In this document: positions 12,070 to 23,146 of the stretch, in pieces
Layout of the letters: every line of letters starts with the position of its first letter
Position numbering within the stretch: position 1 is the first letter of the stretch
NCBI GenBank assembly: GCA_018398765.1
Contig: JAHBMJ010000278.1
Span: 1 to 51,366 of the forward strand
Source of the DNA: Chromera velia
Lineage: Eukaryota
Length of the DNA stretch: 51,366 bases
Reading direction: 5' to 3'
Notes under the pieces: model-generated
Seen by the model: only the letters and a program-made list of their open reading frames with translations
Databases searched by the model: none
Told to the model about the DNA's origin: nothing
Program-made: the position numbers and the translations under genes

Positions 12070-12571
12070 CACAATACGGTTAGCAGTTACTACCGGCTTT
12101 TTTTATTTAGTAGCGAGTTACCGTTAGTTTGATAACCATGAGATGGTAACTGGTGGATTTGAAGGCGTATACTACTAGTACTACTACCATGGTAGTTCAA
12201 GGAAAAACTCTGGTAAAAATAGTTGCTAGACTTATATTTTAAAGCTTGACCACTTAACTCATTAGCAGTTTAAAGCCCTGAAATGACTATACTCAAATAA
12301 TTCATGCTATACATAGTTAGAGTTCAGTCATAAAATGATGAACATTGAATTTTACTAGAATGAACTTTTAATAAATGCTAAAAATACTATTTTTACTAGT
12401 CTAAATTGGTTTTATACGTTAAGTTTGACTCAGAATGTGGCCAAATCTGCCTGTTTTTAGCTACTACCACTACCATTGGAACAGTACTACCGTAGCCACA
12501 AAATTGGTAACTGGGCGGCCTAGCGGCCGCCTAGTAACCGTCCTACTTTCATTACTCCTAACCGTACTGTA
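12070..12571. mobile_element. ~500-bp MITE with TA TSD (same family as 44425-48238)
   Basis: TA|CACAATACGGTTAGCAGTTAC ... ATTACTCCTAACCGTACTGTA|TA; subterminal GGTAAC/TACCA motifs. Confidence 0.8.
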
Positions 12572-12845
12572 TACTATGATTAATAAGCTAGTTAATAAGT
12601 GATCATTCTATTATATATCCGGGGGCCAGGGTACTACTGTACGACAGTGTGCATAGTCTAGCTAATGAATACCATGCACATCGTTTAAAACTTTAAATAG
12701 GGGCTTTAATTATCAATCCGCATATATCCACGTATGATTTCTCAATGCTGCCAGTGGGCACTACTGACAGTAAAGCTCCTTCATCGAACTAACAGTGGTG
12801 CAATGAGGGGACAGGGAGGCTACATCAAAATCGAAATCTCATCGA

Positions 12846-15800
12846 TCAGTACACCTCACCTTCAGGAGGAGCCCCCCCGAAGTTGGGCAGGTTTCCGGCG
12901 GCCCCGCCTCCATGCGGTGCAAAGTGACCATTCGGATACGCTTCCGGAGGAGGTGGCGGCAGGTGGGAGGTGCCAGAGACAGTACGCGAAGTGTGCCGAA
13001 CAAAATTTGATCCCCCCGCACTGCCCGCAGGACCCGTGCCCGAGTGTGCCGTCTCTGTGTGGTGTCCTCGAGATGTCGGGACGAGCGTTGTGGAGACGTT
13101 GTCTCTAGGGGGATAATATGCCACTTTTCCTTGTGCAGACTTCAATGTATCCGTTCGATCCTCCTGGCGGTTTTGCGAAGCTCTTGCAGCCGCGCTGTGA
13201 GACCTTTGTTGGCTTCTGTATGGATTCTGCATTGACTGCTTCGGGGTCTGAGCTCTTGAGTCGGGCTGTGCATAAGCGTCCGATGGATAGGCGTGAGAGG
13301 AAGGGGAAGCGAACCTGGGATCATCAATGGGAGGGAGGCGGGATCTTTCGGGGTCTCTGTACAGATGCGCTGAGGGGTTGCCGCCTGAGGGGGGGACCTG
13401 GGATCTGGGGGCGGAGGTGGGGCGATTTTGAGTGGGTCGACCCTGGCCTTCTGCGTAGGGTTGATGGGGAAGGGGCGCATATTGCATTTGGAGGCGATCG
13501 ATTTGCTTCATGAGGGCGTGCCCGTTTTGAGAAGGGGTTCGTGACAGAGACACCCGGGGAGACGCCCCTCGGTCGTCTGGCTCTTCTTCACCTGGTGCTG
13601 GGTTCGTGGCGGCGGGTACCGTTTGAGACCCCCCTCCGCCTTCTCCAAGTTGGTGGACGTAGTTCCTTCTGCTGTCTGACTGATTTGGTTGTTGTACAGA
13701 TTGGCGGGTTGGATGGGGCTGTGTGCGTTTTTCGGTTTTTTTCTTCGCATACGCACGCTCAATAGCGGCAGCTGCAAGTCATACAGAAGCATATGAGTGA
13801 ACACGAAAAACCCCAACAGCACAAGGGAATCATGCTAGGTCAAGAACGAAAGACAACGAACACAGAATTTTATCGCCAAGTTAGATCCTGTGAGACTCCC
13901 GGGTCTGATGAAAAAAGCACGTCAGTTCAGACATTGGTGCAAACGAACGGAGCCCTGTCCCCTCTTACCTTTTGTGTGACCAACCTCCTCCTTCTCCGTT
14001 TCTGACTCTTGCAGACACACACACACACACACACACACGTCCACCACTACACCCACCCACCCACCCACCCATGATGGCTTGGGCCTCCCTTGACGGTTGT
14101 CCCTTTCCTTCCCCCTTCTCTCCGTGTGCATCCCCCTCGAGGACAGCCAGGTGTCGGCTTGCCAGAGTCTCCGCAGTCCTTCTTTTTCTTTCGTTGGCTT
14201 CTTTTCGTTCCCTTCTCTTCTCAGACTGGGATTTGAAAAGGTGACACCCGCAGCACCCCCCTCCCTTCCCTGGCGAGACGGCATGCCCGTCCTCTTGGTC
14301 TGTTGCTGGAAGCAGCTGCACATACACCAAATGACAGGCTTGAGAGAACGAACAAAGACAGAAGAGAGACTAGCAGGAGCCAGAAAACAAGAACGGAGGC
14401 AGAAGAAAGACGGGCATCGTGCTTGAAAGCTAATCGAGACAGCGAAAATGAAACCGAGCGAGCCAATCAAGAGAAATCTGATCAAGAACAGGAAGAAGAG
14501 AGAGAAAAATCCAAACAAACTAAGTCCACATAAAGGAAAAAATGAGGAATGCACTCATCCAGAGCCCCCGTCCACCGACTCACAATCTCGTTCAGCACCG
14601 AGGGTGCCACGGTAATGATGGCAGTTCTGCCGTCCTGACTGCCCGCATAGAGTCTTTTCGAGTCGGGACGCCAGATCAACGGACCTGCCTGTCGTCCCTC
14701 AAAGATCTCCTGCGCACATACATCGACATAGTGAAAGCAATATGGTTCCCGCACTTTGTTGCAAACACAGAAAAACTTTTCACATTTGCAATTGTAGGGC
14801 GACTTGGACGAATCGACTTGAAGCACGCAAAAAAATAATCGAAGAGACTCAACTTCCTCGATGCGGAGTTCGACATCTTTCTCAAAGCCGTCGTTCTTTT
14901 CTGAACGGCTCTCCTTGTTTCTTTCCTTCTTTTCTGCTTTTCTTCTTTCCTTCCTTCCTTACGGCTCTCAGGGTGTGGGTCCGCTTCCCTCTTCCCTTCC
15001 TGATTCCTCCCTCGCTACGCGCTTTCCTGTTCGTGATCCGTCAATTTGTCAGGCACACTTCAGAAAACAGGAAAACGATTTCCTGACCTTTACGTATGCT
15101 TTCAAGGAGGGACCTGCGAAATTCGCTCTCCAAACGAAAAGGCACCCTGCAATAGATTTAAACCAAAGCGCGTACCAAAACTGAGGGAGTTCGGTTCAAC
15201 TGCCTGTGCAGAGAATCTTAAAGGAGGAAAGGCAAGGTAAACAGGCCAGAAGGAAAATAGACAGACAAATTGGAGGTAAGGAGGTCTTGCGGCAAATCCA
15301 GGAAGAAGAGCAGAGACGTGCTCGACTGAGCATCCTCAAAAGAACTAAGGGAACGGTCTAAAAGGAGAACAAAAAAATGGATACCAAAAAGATGACAGAA
15401 GTTTTGTCTGGCTAATTCATTCTGTTTGAAAATTGGTGCAGCAGCAGACTCAATTAAGACATCCTTGCGACGAACCGGTCGAATCGATTGACGCGATCAG
15501 AGAGCCGTTGGGGGAGAAGGCCAGAGACTGCACTGCCGCCTCGTGGCCCTGCAACAACGGGAACAACATCAAAACACTCTCTTAATTGATAGAAAGAAAG
15601 GTGCTGACAAAGCTATGGAACAAACAGGGAGACCGGCAGAGATGTAGGAGATCTGTGGACAGAGAAGGGTTTCTCTCTTCCTTTTTTTCCCCGTCCGAGA
15701 TCTACTGAGAGGGGTCACTTCATGACAACATCTGCACCATGCCTGTCTTCTTATGGGAAGAAGGGCATACGTCCTTGTCTGTGGAGTTTCTCTGTCGATG

Positions 15801-16091
15801 TGCAGAAATCCCTTGGAGAAAATGTGTGGCCTCAACATTTGATTCAGTGGCTGCCGCAGTGCGTGAAGAGAAGACTTACTATATCGAAGGAAGGAAAGAT
15901 GCGGAAGGAAGAAGACTGACAACTGACCACACAGATTTGATGAGGAAGGAGGGACAATTCCTGAAGGGCTTCCGCATCGTCAGCCAACTTGAGACGACGC
16001 AGCCTTGCGAGCTCAGAAGTGAAGTCTGTCAATTCCCACAGACGCACGGTACCGTCCTGCAAACGGATTGCGTATTCAGACAAAAGGCATT

Positions 16092-16129
<38 letters not shown>

Positions 16130-16157
16130 TTCGTACGTACTGATCTCTCTTTCTCTC

Positions 16158-16196
<39 letters not shown>

Positions 16197-17866
16197 CTCT
16201 TTGTCTCGATGACAGAAGATTGCCCTGGGATCTGTGCGTCTTGGACTTGCTGATCTGATCTCACGCATTGGTTTTAAGCCCTCACTGAGAGAACAAATGA
16301 CCTACGGGCTGAAGACGGGGGTCAAGGTTTTTGTCCTATCTCAGTAGCTCTTTTGTGTCCGCCTGTCTATCTTAGGGGCACAGTCAGTGCTCTCTTCCTT
16401 CAGTGTGCCCTCCATCTTTCTTCTCCACTTTTGTTTCTTTGCTCGTTTGGTCCTCACCGAATTCCAAAAACCTGGTCCTCACCGAAGGACAGAAAAGAAA
16501 AGCCCATATAGAAAGAAGCCAACTGACCGCCCCTGCACTCGCCAGCCGAGTCCTATCATGGGGGTGGAAGGAAAGGTGCGTGCAGGGCCCGACGTGCCCC
16601 CGCAAGAGGCACAGCTGCAGCAAAGAGAAGAGGAGACAACGAAAAAACAAATGAAGAGAGACGACATGTAGATACATAAGAATGGAGCAATAGGGAGAAA
16701 GGACAGGTTTTTATGTTACTGAAGAGATAGAGGGAACCAAAACCCAAGAGAGGAAGAGGGAGAGAAGTCCACCTCGCCCGGCAATGAATAAAGCAAAGAC
16801 CTGCCATCTAAGTGTTTTCCCCTAAAAGCACTCAGAAGGCCCGACTCCGAATGATGCTTTCAAAAAGACACAAAATGGGCAAAAGCCCAATGAAAAAAAA
16901 TAAAAACAGATAATCAAGCTCCCTCAACCACCCGCTTACCTGTGCAAACACGATACCGGCACTGTTCCTCCTTCCCACCACCGCCCAAACGGAAATGCTT
17001 CTGCACAGCAAAAGTCAAGTCAGAAGCACTTGAAAGCCTAAAGGAATCTTTGGCTTCCTGTGCCTCGATGCATATTCTGCCACTTGAAAAATAAGTGCAC
17101 CTACTTTCCTTTCCCGGCAGTCTGTTTATCCGGCCAGCTGTGTATGCTCTTCTGTGACTGCTGTCTCCCTAATTAAGTGTCTGTCTGTCGGCAAGTCTCT
17201 CTCGCTCCGCGTCTGAATGTCTATCTGAACGAGCGAGCGTAAAAACAACCGCGAGAGGAAAGAAGGAGATCTCTCGTCTTCTGGTCGGCCTGTTTGGGCA
17301 TCTATCCTCAACTCCACTCCCTCTACACCTCCTTGTATTTCTCTATCTGAGCGTAATCTCTCTGTGAGTCTCAACTGTTCTCTTACTTGGCTTCCTCTGC
17401 GATTCCCTTGCTTTGTTTTCAATTGATTCTCTGCGCTTGCCCCTCAGTGTATCCAGCTCTCTTCTTGAATGAATGGTCTACAAGGCGTCAATCAGAAGCA
17501 TTGCAATTCAGACGTCAACAAAAGCCCAGAAACACCAGTGATGATTTTCTGCTTTATGGGTCGTCTTCTCTCTGCCCACTTACCCGTCTCTCTGCCCACT
17601 TACCCGTCTTCCACCGCCACTGCCGCCCTCAGCGCGTCGGCAGAAAACTTCACCGCGTTGATCTTCTTCCCCACAGAGGTCACCTCGCTGCTCCCTGCCA
17701 GGTGCGCCTCCCCCTCCTCCAGGGGGTGAGGCACGAAGATTGCTGCAGGCATGGGTTGCAGCCCTAGGGCGTACTCCCCCCCCAGTTCCGCAGTGGAGGG
17801 GTCAGCGAGGAGACCCAGGTCCCACAACACGACACGACCGTCAAGCCCGGCAGCGAGCAGCTGCAC

Positions 17867-17941
<75 letters not shown>

Positions 17942-18330
17942 ATGCAGTTGGTATCAGCTGACGGGATGAGAAGAGGATGCACTTGTGTCTTTGCTAAGAT
18001 CACGAACAATTCCGATTTGTACGCCCAGTAATAAAGAGCTGCTGGCAGAAAGGCAAGAGGGACACACGTAGCATGAGTACAATTCAAAGCAAGGGCAGAC
18101 ACGGGGGATGAGAATGATGCACAGGGGCGAAGAAAGAATCAAACGGAGGCAGACACGACAAGCTAACAGAGGCGACCTCAAACGACACACAAACACAAGT
18201 GTAAAGAAGCTTGCGGCAAGAGACTGCTTGCAAAGTCGTCCTGCATGGAGGCGTCACGAGGCTCAGCCTTCTCCTTTTTCTTCCCACGCTGACACGTGCA
18301 TCTGCAGAAAAAAAGCCGTACCGCATGCAC

Positions 18331-18372
<42 letters not shown>

Positions 18373-18991
18373 ACGGACCCGTTCACTGAAAGTCCCCCCG
18401 AAGTCCACGCACGTCGCGCCTCTCCGTCCAGAGCTGTCCACCCCTACCCCCAGTCCCATGGCCGATGTGCTCAGCCCCCTTCTCTCCCCCGACGGAAGCT
18501 CCCAAAGAGAAACCTCCGCAGGGATGCGGACCTCCAAACCGTCATCCCCCCCCCTCTCCCTATTCTGCCCCCTTTTCCTCGGACACAGCCCCGCCGCCAC
18601 AAGGGACCCCGACCCATTCAGGCACACAGACACTGCAGGCGCCTCATGTCCTGTGAGGGACGCCAGCAGCTCGCTCCTTTGAAGGTCGTACAGATGGATC
18701 AAGTGGGTCTCCCTGCTGGTCCCCTCCAGCCCAGCTGCTGCGAGGTCCGGTGGGGCAATGGAGGAAATCGCAGCAGCGAGGGTGCTGGAATCTGCATGCA
18801 CTCATCCATAGTGGAGCATGATTGAAGGAAACGATGAGCAGCTGTAGAGAAACAACGGATTTTGTGAAAAACTGTACAAAGCATGCAGTGCATGGAAAAA
18901 ATGCCTGACCTTTCGACACGCACAACGCAGTCACCGGAGCCAAGGTCGCATACTGTGGGTGTTCGGGCGTGGACAGAAGATGCTGTCGCAT
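12846..18991 (-). CDS. WD40-repeat protein (multi-exon; C-terminal low-complexity tail; exon set approximate)
   Basis: Exons encode LTGHEAPAVSVCLN..VSLWE, LLAAGLDGRVVLWD, LRGHVGPCTHLSFHP..LASAGA/DGTVRLWE, GHEAAVQSLAFSPNGSLIAS, WRPDSKRLYAGSQDG. GT-AG boundaries e.g. exon 18991-18910, exon from 18791. Whether the 12846-14310 low-complexity exons belong to the same gene, and the start codon, are less certain. Confidence 0.85.
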
Positions 18992-19350
18992 AGCGAAAGC
19001 TTTTCTGCAAACACGAGGGACACATGTATATACACATGGCGCATCATGCTCATGTACTCAAGAGGCGAGCGTCTTCATGCACGAACTGACGAGCTTCCAC
19101 CTGCTCCCATTGTCCAGTCGATCTGTTGCTCGAAATATCTTTCAAGCTTCAATCATCCCGAAGGAGGACAAAGTCGCTATATATACGTTTCAAAGCCTGT
19201 ACGGCCTACAATTTTGCAATGCGGCGATGCTTGAACAGCAATTTTTACTTTTCCTTTCAGTTTGCAAATTAAGCTAGGCTACACATGCCGTAAGTGGCTC
19301 CATGCATGGGCAGCTAGAGTCTGCGGCGGCGCGGCCTTATACGCGAAAAA

Positions 19351-19435
19351 ACCTCGCGGTGGGGCTCGAACCCACGACCACCTCCCCAGGAAATCTCAAC
19401 TCAACGACAAGAATTTAAGGGTTGGCTACACGAGG
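19351..19435 (-). ncRNA. tRNA-like element lacking the D-arm (family member B)
   Basis: Minus strand: CCTCGTG TA GCCAACCCTTA[insert]GGGGAGG TGGTC GTGGG TTCGAGC CCCAC CGCGAGG then a T run; acceptor and T arms identical to the copy at 28850. Confidence 0.75.
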
Positions 19436-19905
19436 CTTAATTGCAGCTGTGAAATTGCCCCTCCGCCGGGCCGCCCTTTTTGATGCGACGCCGCGCGTCC
19501 TCGCGATTTTTGTGAAGCTGTTCGAATTTTTAAGAGCGCGGCGAACTTCGGGCATCTTCGGGCTGCAAAGGAGATCGAATCCCAGACAGAGATTTTGATA
19601 TGCCGATCGAGGGCTGTTCGATCCTTTCAGCACATTTCTAGCACTCACTATCAGTGTACCGAGCACATTGATCGATTGATCGATTCCACGACACTTCATT
19701 CGTTTTTTCTTCTTCTGCAACCGTGAAAATTTGGTGAAGTGTACAACTGGTGCGGCCGTCTCTTGCGGCACTGGTTTCTCTTCTCGTTGCAGAGACAATT
19801 AATCCCCCTTTCAATTGTCGGTTCCTGGATCTGATTGTCGATCCTCACGAACTGACAGTCTGTAGTTTGATTTTTGCACAAGGAAACGGATATCTGGGCG
19901 GCGTA

Positions 19906-22900
19906 ATGGAGGACTCCGTTGCGGCACCAGCGCCTGTGAAGTCTGGGTCACTCCGTCTCTACATCGTTCTTGATTGTACAGGTCCGTGAGCCCACGTCTT
20001 TGGAGGGGAAAAGTCATATGCTTCGATGTTTCTCGAAGGAACCTGGTAGATTTCCTGTTTGTGCTGTGCTCGTGCTGAACCGAACGACTTTTGCCCAAAA
20101 TGCTGGAGGCCTTTCACGAAGAGACAAAGGGCCACTCTTTTCAGCCCTCCCTGCCGCTTTTTCTTTCCCCCCTTTTTACTTCATTTTTGTGCCTCCAGAA
20201 AATGTGACTCGGTGATGACATATTTCTACACCGCCTCTCCTTCTCTCTGCAGGATCGATGTCAGGCTACATATCATCAATGCCGGCCACTCTACGTGAAT
20301 TCTTCTCCATCGCGAGGCTTCTCTTTGGAGGGTCTCTGAAGATCCATCTGGTGACCTATGAGGACTACTGTGACGGGGACAAGCTGCTGCGGTTCTGTTC
20401 CCCGGACGACGAAAAAACGGTCGAGGAGTTCGCCATCGCCCTGAGAGCCGGGGGAGGAGGAGACCACCCCGAGGCCCTGAAGGCAAGGGCTTGGAATCTA
20501 TCGCCGTACCCGTAAAAGAGAATTGAGGTACGGTGCAGAGGTTTTTTGTTCCCTTTAATTTACTTCAAACGCCCTTAACTCCATGCAGACCCGTTGAGTG
20601 TCGGTCAGCGGTTGGCGTGAGTGCTCTTGGATACGCCGAAAATTCAGCAGAGACGGATTTTGAAAAAATAGAGTAACTTGACAGCCAGTGACAGTTGGAG
20701 CCGTCGTTGTGTCGAAGAGATCTTTCCTGTGCTTGGGTACGCTTGGGTATCTGTGTATTGAGGAAGTAGCTCTGTATGTAAGAGTAAGAGAGGTGGAGGG
20801 GAAAGTTGTGCAATGTCAGACTCAGACTCTGTGCATGTCCGTGTGCCTTTGACTGAACACATTTCCTATCTTTCGTTCGATCTTTGTCCGTTTCTGCAGT
20901 GGACTACCCAGGCGTCTGCAGTTCGAACATCGACAGCGAGAGGAGGGCTCTCTCGGGTAAGACTCCGGGATTTGACTGGGTGGACATCTGCAAGTGGTTT
21001 GACTCCAGACACATCCCTGTGATCTCTTTCCTCCGGCACCATGCCTTTCCCCAGCTATACGCGCCTCTGGGTACCACCATCGTGCTGGAGTCGACCGAAT
21101 CTAAGTACATCACGAAGACGACCGTGACGGTCTTCGGGGCCCTGCTGGGCGACGGCGACGGGATTCTGAAGGCGAAGGAGATGAAAATGGTCAAGCGGGA
21201 AGAGCACGTGCGGAAGCTTTCAGAGGTGTCGACGGAAAAGGAACTGAGTTCGAAGGGAAGTTCGTCGACGGACTGGGTGGAGTTGGAGGTAAGCAGAGAG
21301 GAGAGGAAAGGAAGGGATAGAAGGGCCAACTGCATGTTGTGTGTTGGGACGCAGAGAGAAGAGAAGAGAGAAGAGGGAGAATGATGGCTGATTGTTTTGT
21401 GGAGGGAGGGAAAGGCGAGTGAGGGAGGTCTCTTTCTTCTGTGGTCTAAGGGAGGGGCAGGGAAGGGAAGGGAGGGTTGTCTCAGTCTCTGTCTGTGGTC
21501 CCAGAAGTACTTTCCCCACGTAGAATGAAGGCGAAGAAGAAGAACTTTGTTTCAACCTTCAAGTGGTTTCAAGCCTCGAGAGTTTTTTCATGCGTCTCCT
21601 CTCAGATGACGTATTATCTTCTTTTGTCTCCATAGAAATGAAGGCTTCTGCTCCTTTCATATGACTGTCCGTTTATCTCTTCTTCTCCATGCCATTGCAT
21701 CCAGGTGGAGTCCCTTCAAGAGCACACGAGCAGGCTGAGAGCGTTTCCGAAATTGCTCAAAGCAGACGCAGCCCTGCAGGCACTGGCCTTCAAGGAGTTC
21801 TCTCACTTGATTGACATCTCACCCTCTTCCATCGTGGCGCTCACCTACAACCCCCTCCTGGCTCACGTGTGGAGGGCCCTGTGCAAGCTGAAGGAGGACG
21901 ATAGACTTCAACCTCTGAACGACAAGTTCGCCACAGCCATCACGAAACTGGGGGTGAGTGGGGGGGGCGGGGGCATGGGTTTCCTTTCTGTCCACTTACA
22001 GAAGTTTCGTCCTTGCATGTCTGTGAGGTTTGTGCTTTCACCTGCCTGCCTGTGGGTCGGTCCTGAGAGGCCTCGATTCTCTCTCTTTGCGTTCTTTTCA
22101 CCGCTTCTTCACCGGCATTGATCGTTTTGCTTCTTTCTGAAAAAGCATGCAGGAGCAGAAATTGGAACAGTCTTCCCTTACTTTCACTCCGTGACCTCCC
22201 GTACTCGTCCCCTCCTGCCTGTCCTCATGCATGCTTTCTCCTCGGTCACGAAAGATCAGGGAATGCTCAACATCCATGTTTACTGTCCATGCATACGTGT
22301 GTAAAATGAGAAGGGCCTCGTGCATGCGTCCTCGAGGATGCGGTCAAACCTTTTTTGGTTGTGTGCAGGCTCACGACCGGGCCATAGTGAAGGAGTGGCG
22401 GGACGCCTCTTTCGACAATTTCGAGGAGATCGCAGAGACCATCAGAGCCACAGACCTGTCCTCCGACAAGCGCTGTCTGTGTCTTCTGATTGATGACAGC
22501 AACAAGGACGAGACCACCGTTCTGCCCACCAGATCTGACATGAGACTCCTCGCCCACAGAATGGACGCACAGCTTCTGAAGATGTTCCAGACAGTCCTCA
22601 CTCATCTAGTCGTCGTGGAGGCCAAGGACGGCAAGCACGGCAAGGAGGGGCAGCTGCCTGTAGATGATGACGGCATTCCCCTCTACCTCCCTCTCGCTCT
22701 GCCAGATCGCCGTCTTTTCGGTCGGTCAGTGAATGAAATTAAGGCAGCTAGTTGTTGGTTCGTTTCTTTTTCTCTTTTTGTGTCCCTGCCGTGACGTCCG
22801 TTGCCTGGTGCGTCTTCTTTCTGGTCTTTTCGCCCGTTGAAATGAATCAATCGGATTCCCTTATCTGACGAAGTGTGGGTGTCTGTCCTTTTGCGGAAGT

Positions 22901-23111
22901 GGTGGGCGAACACGATCGACCGTTGGCTTCCTCATAAGCTTGGGTGACGCGTTCAGCCGTCCCCTTTTTGATTAACAGCAACGACCTTGGGGGGGTGATA
23001 GAAAGCTAGACTTTGCAACGACATTCGTCAAAAAAACAAACGAGAGAAAGCCCCTCTTTCCTGCTTCCTCTCCACTCCCCCCCCCCCCCCNCCCCCCCCT
23101 CTCTCTCTCTC

Positions 23112-23146
<35 letters not shown>

